Shown in pieces: positions 1 to 13,867 of a stretch of DNA of 64,000 nucleotides. Positions within the stretch are counted from its first letter, which is position 1. Every line of letters begins with the position of its first letter. A model generated the notes under the pieces. That model did no database searches. It worked only from the letters and a program-made list of their open reading frames with translations, and was not told the DNA's origin. Both the position numbers and the translations under genes were made by a program. The stretch comes from Macrostomum lignano (lineage: Eukaryota): contig NIVC01001335.1 in the NCBI GenBank assembly GCA_002269645.1, positions 124,001 through 188,000 of the forward strand, written 5' to 3'.

Positions 1-331
1 CTGTACGAGCGGTTCAGCATCGACCCGGACTCCGGCAAGCTGTACGTGAAGAAGCCGATGAGCCGCAGTGACATGGGCGTCACCAGGCTGACCATCACCG
101 CCACTGACTCGGGCAGTCCGCAGCGCTCGGCCGAGGCCGCCCTGAAGATCCGCATCGATGACCGGCCGCCGACCAGCCTGCTGAAGGACGCGTGGTCAGC
201 GGACATGGAGACCAACAAGCTGATCATCATCTGCATTGTGGTGGCCACCGGAGTCATCTGCGCCATTCTCATCACGGCCATCTGCCTCATGGCCAGGAAG
301 CAGCCCTGCTCTGCCGGCCACATCAGTCACG
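1..331 (+). CDS. Protocadherin exon (5'-partial): last cadherin repeat, TM helix and start of cytoplasmic tail
   Basis: Frame 1 reads LYERFSIDPDSGKLYVKKPMSRSDMGVTRLTITATDSGSPQRSAEAALKIRIDD (cadherin motifs FSIDxxSG and LTITATDSGSP), then TM LIIICIVVATGVICAILITAICLM and basic ARK. Donor G|GTGAGC at 332 (phase 1). Confidence 0.92.
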
Positions 332-2277
332 GTGAGCTGCCTAGCCTCCTTGCTACTCACCCAGTTGTAGCTTTTTCCCACAGTTTTGCTCTAATTGGGA
401 GATTTTTGCTCCACGCGATCTGCGCCGGCACAATGGGAGGAGGGCGACACGGGGTCTACCTGGTGTGTATCGATCCCGCAGGCTTCCGGGACTGACCCGT
501 GCCCGGTGTCTCAAGCCCCTCTTCTGTCTTTCTCTCCCCTGCCTCCCCAGCCCAGCTTGTCTGCGGAAGCTTCACCTGAGAAGAGGAGACACACAAATCT
601 CTTCTTCACGCGATTTCAAACTTTGCTCAGCCTAATTTTCGTTCGCGTCTTCCTTTTTTTCTTATTTCGAGAAGCAGAAAAGTCCAGCCGAGCTGGGGCC
701 GCACAATGCCTCTTGGGATTTTTCTCTCGAAAAAAATAAGAAACTACCCATAACTCATTTAGAAGGACCAGCCGGTGCTTCCTTTTTTGAGCGATGACGC
801 CCGGGGTGTGGAGAGAGGAGAGATGAGAGAAAAGTTCTAAGGCTAAAAAATTCTTTAACCCCCCCCCCAGCGTCTCCTTCAGCGGCTTATCGCCAAGTAG
901 CGGCTCCGCGGCTTTCTTAGAAAACCTGGGGCAGGGGGAGGACCGAATTTGTAGAGCTGCGGACAGGCAGCTCAGGTAAGGCTCAGGTGTACATGCGAAA
1001 CCACCTGCTGGCACCCAGCCTATACAACCACTTCTTCAAGCCTCCCCCTTGCTGAGCTGAGGCCCTCTAAAGATCTCGTCCTCTTTCCTACTCTGAGCAC
1101 TGTGGAGCACAAGGGCCTGGGCAAGGCCGCATGCGTCAGCCACAGGCCTGACGTGTTTGAACAGCGATACCCCTCTGAGGCCCCCCGGGGCGCTCTTAGC
1201 ACCAATAGCTGTTTCTCTAAGGGTAATGGGCCTTGGCTAAAGCTAATGTTAGCCGCCCCCCAGACCAAGGAATCTGACAGATGGAGGGCGGGGAGCAGGC
1301 GATTTTGATAGATTGATGCGCGTAATGCTCACTGTTGACAGGGCTGTCACCGGACCGGGGCGCAGCCAGTGAGAACTGCCAGTTCTTCTGACTGACTGAC
1401 TGAGCTAACAAATGGGATCAAATGGGAAATTATAGAGATCCCAAATAGTGGCTGGCTTGGAGAGTAAAACTTCTAGCCTGCAAGCTCGAGTGGGACTCGC
1501 CTCACTTGGCCAAAAGTTCCTTCCCAAGTTTTAATCGGCTGGTTGCCATGGGACTCGCTGGCAAGGTGGGGACGGAGCACGATAGATGGGGAGTAAAATC
1601 CCATCAAGCACAGCCCGAACTTTCTCTCAGCTCAGACAGGGCCGAAGCTCCAAACCTCAGCTTCCCAGCTTCATCAGCTCGAGCCCGCTGGCCAAATCAG
1701 GTCCGAGAGTCGCCACTCCGCATTTGTCATTAGCATCTTATCAAATTCCCGAAGCCGCTTCCCAAAATGGGAAATTTCTCCCCGCCGTGCCAGCTCCGGT
1801 GAGCGAGTTCGCACTTGTCCCCCGCCGCTTGCAAACAGGGAGATAAAAACTCAGCAACAGCCCGACCTTGTCTGCAGAAAGAGAAAATTCCTCATAGTCA
1901 TCTTTAACGGGTCGAATTTCTAAAAGATTTCTGTTGAAGAGCTTCATCAGGATGCTGTGAGCTGCTCAAATATTTGCCTTTTCTTTTCCTGAGCGTGCGA
2001 AAATCCTATAGGGCTGAGCTGAGGCGAAACTCTCTCCAGATGAGCAGCGCATTTTATTCCTCAGATGGGAATTGCTTATTACGGCCAGACAAGTTCAAAG
2101 GGGAATTTGTCCCGCTCCCCTTTTGACAATTGCTTTGGCCCAGACACCGCAGAATTAATAATTTCGAATTCAAAGGCGCGCAATATTGGGACTTGGGAGT
2201 GGCAGTGCGTGAATTGATTTGTAAAATAACGAAGATATTCTATGGGAACAAAATCTAGGAATGGGTTGGGGAGAGTG

Positions 2278-2536
2278 GAGAGAGATGAATAGATGAGATA
2301 GGGGTGGAGACAAGAGAGGTAGAGGTAGAGGTAGAAAGACGAGAGAGAAGTAGAGATGAAAGAGAGAGGTAGAGAGATGAGAGAGGTAGAGAGATAAGAG
2401 ATGGAGGTAGAGAGATGAGAGGGAGAGAGAAAGAGAGAGAAAGAGAGAGAGGGAGAGAGATGAGAGAAAGGTAGAGAGATGAGAGAGATGAGAGAGAGGT
2501 AGAGAGATGAGAGAGAGGTACAGAGATGAGAGACAG

Positions 2537-2624
<88 letters not shown>

Positions 2625-2685
2625 GGGGAGGGAGATGAGAGAAAGGTAGAGAGATGAGAGAGAGAGGTACAGAGATGAGAGACAG

Positions 2686-2747
<62 letters not shown>

Positions 2748-2806
2748 GGAGAGAGATGAGAGAAAGGTAGAGAGATGAGAGAGAGAGGTACAGAGATGAG
2801 AGACAG

Positions 2807-2882
<76 letters not shown>

Positions 2883-2941
2883 GGAGGGAGATGAGAGAAA
2901 GGTAGAGAGATGAGAGAGAGAGGTACAGAGATGAGAGACAG

Positions 2942-3000
<59 letters not shown>
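2278..3000. repeat. GA-rich compound microsatellite with about 4 higher-order blocks containing (GA)n
   Basis: Recurring gatgagagaaaggtagagagatgagagagaggtacagagatgagagacagacaca followed by (GA)n. Confidence 0.95.
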
Positions 3001-3004
<4 letters not shown>

Positions 3005-5127
3005 CAAAGACCTGCAGACCAGAGACACTTGCACTGATGGGGCACAGAAGTTGGGGCGTCAATCCCAACTCATCGGTCACAGCGGCAGCAACGGAGGCCT
3101 TCATACAGAATGAAAATACGTGAGAAAAATGCCACTCAGTTTTGAGCAGTCGCGGGTTGGCACGCAATGATTGCCAAAAAATAAAAGGAGAGAGAAAGGT
3201 GGGCGAACAGCGGAGCAGTGGACTCGCGAAGCCCCTCGCCGTCCAGCTCAACTCTCCTCTCGATTTTTTAAGCGCCCCAACTGAGCTGTGTAAAGCTCGT
3301 GATTTCCCCTTCACAAGAGCATGGGAGCGAAAAACTGAAGACAAAAAAATTCTTGACAATTGGCGGCCACTGCGAGGCCAACAAAGCAGCTTTGAGTGAG
3401 TGAGTGCGAGAGCGAGTGTGAAAGGCACTGCAGCTCATGCGAGGGCAGGCAGAGGGAGGTGACGGGATCTGCCTAATGAATTCTTAACACCCCACCATCT
3501 AGAAGAAGAAGACTCTTTTGAGATCTCCCGGATGAAGCAGAAGAGGGAAACTGCAAGTGAGGCAAATTTTCACTCAGAATTTGTCTGTGAGGAGGAGGTC
3601 ATTCAAAACCGTCCTCAGAAACTCACCAAAAGATTTTTGTCCCCACAGAAAATAATGAAGTGAGCAAGAAACAAAAGCAGGTCCTCCCAGCGTCATCAGC
3701 TTTCTGCCCCATCCCGCAGACTCCCACTGGGAGAGGCAAAATTCCTCAGGCTTTTCCTCAATCCCCCCCCCGGTGAGCTGCGGCGCCGCGGGTCTGGTGG
3801 TGGCTGCAGAGGCGCCCTCAGACCTGGCCGCAGGTCCAGTGACATTTTGAGCAGAGCTCAGAAGGTGTTGAATTCGGGATCCGCAAACACGGGAGCTTTC
3901 TGCAAATCTGCAGTCTCGTCTTTCAAATAATTCCCGGCAGTTTTTGGCACCTCGGGATTTTTTGTTCGCTAAAACTTTCTCCCCTCCTGAGTCACGGGCG
4001 GCCACGCCTGAATCTGAGCTGCCCTGCCTTGCCTTGCTGGCGTGGGGCCTCAAACACCTGGGCTGCATGGCTGAGGGCCCCGCAAACTTTGAAAATATAA
4101 TACTGCCGCTGAAGTCGGCAATTTGAGATCTGAGCCGGTCTCTCGCGATTCTCAAGTTCTTTTTTAACACGAAGAGGCGCCCGAGAGCGAATTGCCCGGC
4201 AGCTTTGAGCCGTCGAGCTGCTGCGCTTTTCCAGCACCCACCGGCCTGATTAATATCGATTTTTTCTGCTCTCCTGGAAGAGCGGCATTGATCGGCTCTG
4301 AGAGTTCGCGTTCCAGACTCCCCCGCGCCGGGGGGAGCGAAGTCCCTTCCTGACGGGGATATAATCCCAAACACTTCCACAACCCGACTGTCTCCCAGCC
4401 ACTTTGCTCCCCAGCCTCTCTCCTCTTCTTTTTTCAAAAGCGAGACAGACGGGGTTCTCTTCTTCCACCTCCTTCCTCTCCCCTCTCTGTTTCCCCTGTC
4501 CGGGAAGCAAAAAACGCAGAAAAAACGCACAAATTTCAGAAGCAAAGAAAAATCGAACCACTTGGCTCACTGCGTGTGAGAGAGATGGAGAGGACAGCCC
4601 AGGTAATCATAGTAGGGCACAGGTAGAGCAAAGCACTTTCTGACCATTGCCACATTTTAAGGACCTGATACTGTCCATCAATCTGCTGCTAATTAATATT
4701 AATTACCAGGTAGTGCATCCGGGAGGTGTACGTGTCTCAGTCTCAGTTTGGTCGTCAAAGGTTTTTTACTCAGGAAAACTTTATTGTGCTGCAGAACTAA
4801 ATCTTAACAGCTTAGAGCTCACACTCAGTTTAATAATAGCCAATATTGCTGAGCATTATGACTCGCGTTTATAAACTGTTTTTCACTAGGAAATACTTAG
4901 GCTGTGATGTTGGGTCAGCGCTTCCTACAGTTGCAATTAGGCAATTTTCAATGCTGTTTGATGACTAAGAAAGAGAGAGGGGGGCAAGGAAGTGGAGTTG
5001 GAGGCGCAAGCGAGGGCAATGAGCAGGAGCTCACAAGAGTCAGCTGAGGTGAGAATGGGGGAAGTTGAAAGTTGAGTAGCTGCACGGTGACATCTGGGCG
5101 AGACCGGGGAAATGGGGGCTAAAGGCG

Positions 5128-5325
5128 AGGGAGATTCAGGAGGGTGAGGGGGAGACTGAGGAGGGTGAGAAGGAGACTGAGGAGGGTGAGAGGGAGATTC
5201 AGGAGGGTGAGAGGGAGATTCAGGAGGGTGAGAGGGAGACTGAGGAGGGTGAGAGGGAGATTCAGGAGGGTGAGAGGGAGATTCAGGAGGGTGAGAGGGA
5301 GATTGAGGAGAATGAGAGGGAGATC
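5128..5325. repeat. 21-bp minisatellite GGAGGGTGAGAGGGAGAYTSA
   Basis: Directly visible, about 9 copies. Confidence 0.9.
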
Positions 5326-6339
5326 TGAAGACGGCAGGCACACGGGAGGAAAGTCGGGTGTTTTGAAGCAAAAGAGTCCAGCAGGAAACAGGATAAGTCT
5401 GAGAGGCATATCTGAAGATTCTCATATCAGATTTCAGGGAGGCAAAGCGTAGCAAAACTGAGCTGCACTTTCGCCTGGGAAAGGGGTGGCTGGAAATTCC
5501 CCCAGCATGAATGAGGAATTCATCTCTGAGCATTCAATTATTTTCCCATTTTGGAATTGCAATCCGGACGGGAACTGGGTGGAAGTTGCGCATTTGAAGG
5601 CCGGGATCCTGGGATTTCTGGTATGCTTTGGATTCGCGATTCAGATTCTCAAATTTCCTCAATAATTTCAACGCGGACCTGCTTTGACTTCTAGAAGAGG
5701 CAAAAAGGCAAAAATGGGGAGCTGGGTGGGGGGTGGCGTGTATCTCTGGCTGGTGTAAATTCGTTTCGACCAGCCTCGTCATCGATGATGACGGAGAGAG
5801 GCTGGGATGTCGGGCTGGCCGCTCGAAAGCAAGAGTTGATTTAAGCAGCAGATATTGAAAAATTGCCGGCTTCCAGGTTGCCCGCCTGTCGGGAAAAATT
5901 GGGTTTCAGCCGGCCGGAGGGGGCGGCCGGTCCCGAGGGGATTTCGGGCGACAATTTTCTTAGAAACTTTGGCCTCGCCCCGAGCGGCAGATGCGGCCGC
6001 GATATGCAAGCTGGATGGGATAAGTTTCCCCTCTCCCACTCTCAAGCTCGAGTCATCGAGAGCAGATCGATGTCTGCCGACTGATAATTATGTTAATGAG
6101 GTCCCCGGGGGCAGGCTGGGTGGGAAATTATGCTAATGAGCCGGGATTTTCCGACTTACACCTTGTAACACTCGGCAGGACTCTCTAAGTCCTATGCTTA
6201 CCAAAAAGCCAAAGGCACGCCAGGGCAAATGTTTTAAAGCCAAGGCTGGAGCCTCAGAAACCACGGATTAGGTCCGTAGAATCCTAAGCTCAAGCCATGG
6301 GGAATTAATTCCATTTCAGACGCCACGAGTTAAGAGGAA

Positions 6340-6778
6340 TTCCCTCTCAAACACCAAAGCTCATGCGGAATTCCCTCTGTGACACCAAAACATCAGGGAG
6401 AATTCTTTCTCAGAAATCAAGGCTTCAGGGGAAATTCCCTCTCAGACACCAAGGCTTCATGAGGAATTCCCTCTCAGACACCAAGGCTCCATGAAGAATT
6501 CCCTCTCAGACACCAAGGCTTCATGAGGAATTCCCTCTCAGACACCAAGGCTTCATGAGGAATTCCCTCTCAGACACCAAGGCTTCAGGGCAATTCCCTC
6601 TCAGACACCAAGGCTCCATGAGGAATTCCCTCTCAGACACCAAGGCTTCATGAGGAATTCCCTCTCAGACACCAATGCTTCATGAGGAATTCCCTCTCAG
6701 ACACCAATGCTTCAGGGATAATTCCATCCCAGACACCAAAGCTCATGGGGAATTCCTTCTGAGACACCAAAGTTCCAT
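6340..6778. repeat. 32-bp minisatellite GAATTCCCTCTCAGACACCAAGGCTTCATGAG
   Basis: Period 32 (GAATTC at 6464 and 6496); ends about 70 nt before the exon 2 acceptor. Confidence 0.95.
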
Positions 6779-6849
6779 TTTCTCCTCAAACTTTGCAAGT
6801 TCGAATCAGCTAAATAAATAATTGACTCTCAATCCCCCCTCTCGAGCAG

Positions 6850-7043
6850 AGCTCGTCCAGTCCTCGCCCCGATCTGGTGGCGGTCGAAAGTCGGCGGCGG
6901 TGCCGCTGGAATCGTCCGGCATGGTGAAGACCGGCAGCGGCGGGGGCGGCGGCGGCGGCGGCGGCAACTACAGCCTGCCGCTGGTGGACCGGGACTACGA
7001 TTCAAGATTCGGGCAGCAGAAGTTGGACACCTTCCTGCAGCCG
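6850..7043 (+). CDS. Protocadherin cytoplasmic exon 2
   Basis: Acceptor ctcgagCAG| at 6849 and donor CCG|GTGAGT at 7044. The phase 1 entry gives GAG, matching the upstream exon. Reads ELVQSSPRSGGGRKSAAVPLESSGMVKTGSGGGGGGGGGNYSLPLVDRDYDSRFGQQKLDTFLQP. Confidence 0.8.
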
Positions 7044-7511
7044 GTGAGTTGAGCAGTCGGTGGCTGCTGGCGGGTGTCGTTATCAAGATCTGCGCTGATT
7101 TATTTATTTATTTCCTGTCGGCACTCACGCAATTTTCGCTGCCGTCTGTTGCGTAAGCTTTGAGCTTTGCGTGTTGCAGCACTGGTCTCAAATTTGTTCT
7201 CAACTCTCCGGGCGAGGAGGAGCTCGGGAATAGAGCTCTCTAATCCTCTACGGGGATTATTGCTAGTTCAGATCCTCAACACAGTTGTGAGAGGGGGGAT
7301 TTTCGAGGTCAACCTGTAGTCTGTCAGGCGACACAATGCGGACACGCATTTTATTTGGTCTTCAGATTGCGAAAGTTGTGGGTTGCGCCAGTTGAGGAGT
7401 GCTGGGGGCGTTTCATGCTTTTGGGCCTGGGGTTCAAAGTGAGTGAGTGAGGCGCCTTTAGTGCTGAACTGTGTGCAGACCACAGTTAGGTAGATTGTTA
7501 GATTGATTAGT

Positions 7512-7890
7512 TAGATTGAGGGAGAGAGATAGAGTGAGGTAGAGAGAGGGAGAGTGAGGTAGAGAGAGGGAGAGTGCGGTAGAGAGAGGGAGAGTGCGGT
7601 AGAGAGAGGGAGAGTGCGGTAGAGAGAGGGAGAGTTCGGTAGAGAGAGGGAGAGTGCGGTAGAGAGAGGGAGAGTTCGGTAGAGAGAGGGAGAATGCAGT
7701 AGAGAGAGGGAGAGTGCGGTAGAGAGGGGAGAGTGCGGTAGAGAGAGGGAGAATGCAGTAGAGAGGGGGAGAGTGCGGTAGAGAGGGGAGAGTGCGGTAG
7801 AGATAGGGAGAGTGCAGTAGAGATAGGGAGAGTGCAGTAGAGATAGGGAGAGTGCAGTAGAGAGAGGGGAGAGTGCGGTAGAGAGGGGAC
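7512..7890. repeat. About 20-bp minisatellite GAGTGCGGTAGAGAGAGGGA
   Basis: Directly visible. Confidence 0.95.
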
Positions 7891-8444
7891 ACAAGTTAAA
7901 ATGTTGGCTCAGCCCCAAACACGCGCTCACCTCCAGCTGGGAGACCCCCTCTGTTTTTCTCCTAAAAGTTTTCAGTTTTAAAACTCAAAGCGCGCCACCG
8001 AGGATTAACGTGGCGACATTGGATATGCTGGGCGGATTAAAAACACACACGAGCCACAGAGCTTTCCCACCAACACTCTTAATTAGATCCAATACAGCGA
8101 ACCCATTCATCTACCTAAAACTATTATTTGGGCCAAGAAGTCTCGGGCGCAGATGGGGAGCCACCAGCAGCGGGAGGTCGACTCCCCCCCCCCACGCCTC
8201 CCCGAGCGACATCTGCCGAGTCCCCCCGGGGGCCAGTCGTGACGCATCAGCTTAAAAGTTGCTCCAACAATTGACTGAGGCCGGTAAAGGCAATCTACTT
8301 AATTGCTTGAATCAGAACGGTATCCTGGTTGTTCGATTCCATATTTCAACGTCTTACATGGACCACGGATCGGCTCACTTTACAACCTCAAGAGCCTGAT
8401 AAAGAATCCAGCTCATGGCTGCGGGCCAGAGGAAAGGGAATATA

Positions 8445-9635
8445 GGAGAGAGGGAAGAGGAAAGAGAAGATGGGACATGAGATAAGATATAGGAGTGGAG
8501 AGAGGAGAAAAGAGGGGAGATAGGAGGGGAGAGAGGAGAGAAGAGGGAGAGAGGAGATAAGAGGGGAGATAGGAGATAAGAGGGGAGAGAGGAGATATGA
8601 GATAAGAGGGGAGAGAGGAGATAAGAGGGGAGAGAGGAGATAGGAGGGGAGAGAGGAGATAGGAGGGGAGAGAGGAGATAAGAGGGGAGAGAGGAGATAG
8701 GAGATAAGAGGGGAGAGAGGAGATAAGAGGGGAGAGAGGAGATAGGAGATAAGAGGGGAGAGAGGAGATAGGAGGGGAGAGAGGAGATAGGAGGGGAGAG
8801 AGGAGATAAGAGGGGAGAGAGGAGATAAGAGGAGAGAGAGGAGATAGGAGGGGAGAGAGGAGATAAGAGGGGAGAGAGGAGATAAGAGGGGAGAGAGGAG
8901 ATAAGAGGGGAGAGAGGAGATAAGAGGGGAGAGAGGAGATAGGAGATAAGAGGGGAGAGAGGAGATAAGAGGAGAGAGAGGAGATAGGAGGGGAGAGAGG
9001 AGATAAGAGGGGAGAGAGGAGATAAGAGGGGAGAGAGGAGATAGGAGAGGAGAGAGGAGATAGGAGATAAGAGGGGAGAGAGGAGATAAGAGGGGAGAGA
9101 GGAGATAGGAGAGGAGAGAGGAGATAGGAGGGGAGAGAGGAGATAGGAGGGGAGAGAGGAGATAAGAGGGGAGAGAGGAGATAGGAGATAAGAGGGGAGA
9201 TAGGAGATAAGAGGGGAGAGAGGAGATAGGAGATAAGAGGGGAGAGAGGAGATAAGAGGGGAGAGAGGAGATAAGAGGGGAGAGAGGAGATAGGAGGGGA
9301 GAGAGGAGATAAGAGGGGAGAGAGGAGATAGGAGATAAGAGGGGAGAGAGGAGATAAGAGGAGAGAGAGGAGATAGGAGGGGAGAGAGGAGATAAGAGGG
9401 GAGAGAGGAGATAAGAGGGGAGAGAGGAGATAAGAGGGGAGAGAGGAGATAAGAGGGGAGAGAGGAGATAAGAGGGGAGAGAGGAGATAAGAGGGGAGAG
9501 AGGAGATAAGAGGGGAGAGAGGAGATAAGAGGGGAGAGAGGAGATAAGAGGGGAGAGAGGAGATAAGAGGGGAGAGAGGATATAGGAGGGGAGAGAGGAG
9601 ATAAGAGGGGAGAGAGGAGAGGGAGAAGTGAGAGG
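8445..9635. repeat. About 19-bp purine-rich minisatellite GAGAGGAGATAAGAGGGGA
   Basis: Directly visible. Confidence 0.95.
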
Positions 9636-11460
9636 AGATTGAGAGCAGAAAAGAGACAGATCGCTATCTTGAAGTTTCAAAGGACTCGAAGGTGCGAGTC
9701 TCATTCCTCGATCCTTCTCCCAAAAACAACAGTTCGAATTTTTTATTGCTTTCGCGATCCCAGGGGTTTCCAGGAAATTCATTTCGCCCCAATTCTCGCG
9801 CCTCAAGGACCCTTCAGCACCCGGAACGACACGGTGCGGGACAGTTGTTGTAATTTTTGTCCAATTCCTAAAGTAATTCCTCCATGTCAAAACGGTGGGC
9901 ATTTCTGCAACAACTCCGGCTTCTTCTACTAGGAGCAGGGAAAGCGTACAGCTTATCTGGCAGCAGGAGCAAAAAGTTATTTTCCATTCCAGCTGCTCTT
10001 GACTCGCCTCTCAGCGCGAGGTCGGCCTCGAGTGAGGATCGATGCGGGAAGGTATTAAAAAAGCGGCAATCATGTGCGCCTCATTCTGACAGATATTATT
10101 GCAATTTCTAATTGCCGGGAGACACAGCATTTCTCAGCATTCTGGGTAGGAGGGGCTGTTCCAGTTTTATAATAATCTTCCCTCCCGAATCTCCTGTCTT
10201 CGGCCATCCCCAGCTGCCGGGATGAAGAATCGAGGAAAGGGGAAGTCAGTTGGTTGTTTTGCTTGTCCCTCTTGATGAAGGAAAGAGTCTGGGAGGGGGG
10301 ACGCCAGCTCAGGCAGTCAGTCGGACAGAATGGGGGAGGCAGGAGGCCTGTGACTCCTGCGGATGCAGGGTAGGTGCAGCTGGCAGAGGGGAAGTGAGGA
10401 CACTGGAGGGAAGTGGAGTCTGGAGAGAGACAATGCAACGAGAACCCAGTGGGGAGATGGAGAACAGAGGAGTCAGGATGAGGATTGACGTAGTCAGAAC
10501 TTCCCCTCCAAAAAAATCCCCCCCCTAAAGTCAGACAGTGCTGCATCGCATGCATCATTAATACTGAGCTAGCTGGGCTGAGCTGGGAAGTGAATTCCGC
10601 ACAGGGCAGCAGCTTCATCAGTTGCGGCCAGACTCTTTGTCTGGGGAGCCGCTGCTAACAGACAGGTCTCCACATTTGATTAGGAGGAACAGGTCCCTTT
10701 CAGCTTCAAATCAATTCTGCAGTTGCTTTTAGAAATGAAAGACAAAACAGAATTTCCGTTAGCGACAATGCTGTGAAATATTTTCCCAGCGTGAGCCGAT
10801 CTGCTCTCCTCTTCTTCCATTGATGAAGCAGTCACGGCAGTTTTGTTTCCCTTTGATTTTGCAAAGTTGCACAGCTTGCTATTGCAGAAGCAGCAGAATG
10901 AGGACCTCACGGGTAGCTGGGAAGACAATAATATAGGAAGCCAATTATAAAAATTGCATTCTATAAGGCCCTGCCCGACAACGGTAGGAGAGGATTAAAT
11001 TCAGTTGAAGCCCCGGGCTGTGTTATCCGCAATGTCCTACAGGGTTTTAGTGGGGGGGGGTGGGCCGGCATTGTTGTGCATTTTATTGTCGCATGAGTGG
11101 CCGCAGCCGCCGCCCAGCATCCCTCCGCCCCGACCAACCGACCGACCGCCACTTTGTCAAAGCTGTCGCGCGCAGTCCAAAGGATGCGGGATCCGAGGGA
11201 GGGTAGCGGCGGGATGAAGCTGCGCAGTTTGGAGGCTGGGGCGTCCTCTTTCAGAATCGATTGATCATCAACCAGCGCTTGCTGCTTTCATTGTTTCTCG
11301 ATGCGGCGCGAGATGGGATTAGAATGGCTTGAATAAGTCAAGTGGCATCTTTTTGTAGGGTATAGGGATCAAAACTTTGCTTGCGCCTGCAGTGTAGCAG
11401 CGGTGTGTTCGGTGAGGCAGAAATATTAACGGGGCGGGAGATCGAGGAAACACGGGAACT

Positions 11461-11513
11461 GTGTGTGTGAGGATGTGTGTGAGGATGTGTGTGAGGATGT
11501 GTGTGAGGATGTG
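11461..11513. repeat. 12-bp repeat GTGTGAGGATGT x4
   Basis: Directly visible. Confidence 0.9.
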
Positions 11514-11675
11514 TGGTTTTGTTGGCTTGCGTGCCTGCCATCTCATCTCATTGTCTACCCGACGACTGTCAAGCCTGATTGGTTTGTCAGACAACAGCTT
11601 CAGGGATTTGACAGGGGAAAAACAATTATTTTATTATTATCATTGACTGTTCTATCTGCCATTTACATCAGCGCT

Positions 11676-12084
<409 letters not shown>

Positions 12085-12123
12085 GGTTATCCAGCTTGCT
12101 GACTCCTCACTCGCCGCCCGCAG

Positions 12124-12461
12124 CACCAGGCAGCCTCGGCCAAGCTGGTGGACGAGCAGTCGGACAGCGTCCCGGAGTCGGACGGGGACAGCGGCAAGGG
12201 CGGCAGCGTGTCGAACAGCAACAACAACCGACCGCCGCACTCCAGCGGTTCCAGTGGTTTGTCCGGTGGTCCTCACCACCTGACGCTGCATCAGCACCAT
12301 CCCCAGCTGCATCACGGGCCACAGACTTCCTCCCTACTTGGCCTGGACTTCCCCGGAAGTCACCCAGGCGCCCCAGGTCGCACATTCGTCGGCGGCGATG
12401 GCAGCCGGTCGATGACTCTGCAGCGGCAGTCGAGGCCTCTGCCGGTGCCGATCCTGCAGCC

Positions 12462-12494
<33 letters not shown>

Positions 12495-12579
12495 GCTCTC
12501 CTATCAAACCCTCGGCCATCGGTCCAAGCCGCCCCCGCAGCACATGATCATGGAGGACACCGGCGGCAGCCTCGTCTGA
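12124..12579 (+). CDS. Protocadherin terminal coding exon
   Basis: Acceptor cgcccgCAG| at 12123, phase 0. Reads HQAASAKLVDEQSDSVPESDGDSGKGGS...polyQ...EDTGGSLV*. DSGKG resembles the delta-protocadherin CM1-region motif. Confidence 0.82.
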
Positions 12580-13867
12580 TTGGCTGGATCCGCTGCGCCC
12601 ACCCCACTCCGCCTAGCGGCCCACCCACCCCACTCCCTCCAGTTTTTATCGATTTTCTCTCTCTACGCCTCTATTCTTATCACTTTCTACTTCGTTAAAA
12701 TCGAACAGCAAGAAGGATGAGGCGCAGCTTCTCTGCTATTTTTGTTGCCACAGCTGCTCGCTTTGTAAATTTTTTAAATTTCTTTTTTACGAGTACTATA
12801 AAACTGCTTCTATTGCCTGATTTCCTCGTTGCAATCGTTCTCTGTTTGTCTCTGTTTGAGATTTTATCTTAAAATTTCTTCTGACAGATTCTCTCAGCTT
12901 TTTTGAGTTGTTTCTTCATTGCTCTGTATGCTATAATTATATCACAGCTTGCTTGCGCTAACCGGGGTGGGGGGTGACTAACTGAGTGAGTCTCAAATTA
13001 ATTAAAGCGCACACCTTAACGACGAGCGGCAAATCCAGCAGTGTCTCAGCCCCGGTCAGCCGGGCTTTGACCCGGGTTTTTGCTTAGCGACAACTGCAAC
13101 TCCACTAGCTTAACAGCGGGAATAGGTCTCACTAACCTGTACTACAATAATTCAGTTAATCTAGTCTGCACCACTGCTCACAGAAGCCAGCCAGACCTCA
13201 GGTCATCATAGTGACAAAAACTGGATAATTCCAACTGCACGCGTTAATCGATTGGCCCAATTTTTGCCATTATTTTTTGTTGCTATGAATCAGAATCAGA
13301 ACTGCCGCAATCGATGCCTGGGCCGACTTTCCTCTTCTTGTGTTTGTTCAGTGTGTTTTTTGCCATCAAACTATAGCGAATGCTTTATAGAGAGAAAGAG
13401 CTGATTTATAAGCTTCTCAACTCACTTTGTACACTCGTGTGTTCAGTTTTAGCTGTACTGGAAACTGCGCTTACAGTATGATGTAATGTTAACCTACAAA
13501 TAAACTGTAATATTTCTTATTATACCAGAGTAAACTCGAGATTAATTAAGACTTTGACTGAACTTTAGTCGACAGTTCCACCTGTAGACCCACTGCAAAT
13601 AGTGAGAACCTGTTTGTCTATCCCAGCCTCTGCTCAGCTGCCCCACCTCATCTCCCCCCCAGCTGTGTTCTCTCATAGAGCAGCCAGCATTGGCTTTGTT
13701 CCCAATGAATTTGATATTTCATTCTGGATGATGCAGCAGTGGGGGGTCTGTTTGGCATCCGTGATGGATTACTTTGTGTCAGCTTGATGTTCTGCTTGCG
13801 GGGTAGGCCTGAGTGTAACTCGAATGAGTGCGAATTTTAGTGATAAAACTGAGAGGCGATGGGTCAT

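Noticed and set aside
2079-3428. Long SL/LS-rich ORFs (also 8388-9902, 27600-29666, 56923-58605)
   Set aside because: Stop-free translations of purine/pyrimidine repeats, open in several frames, with no domain content.
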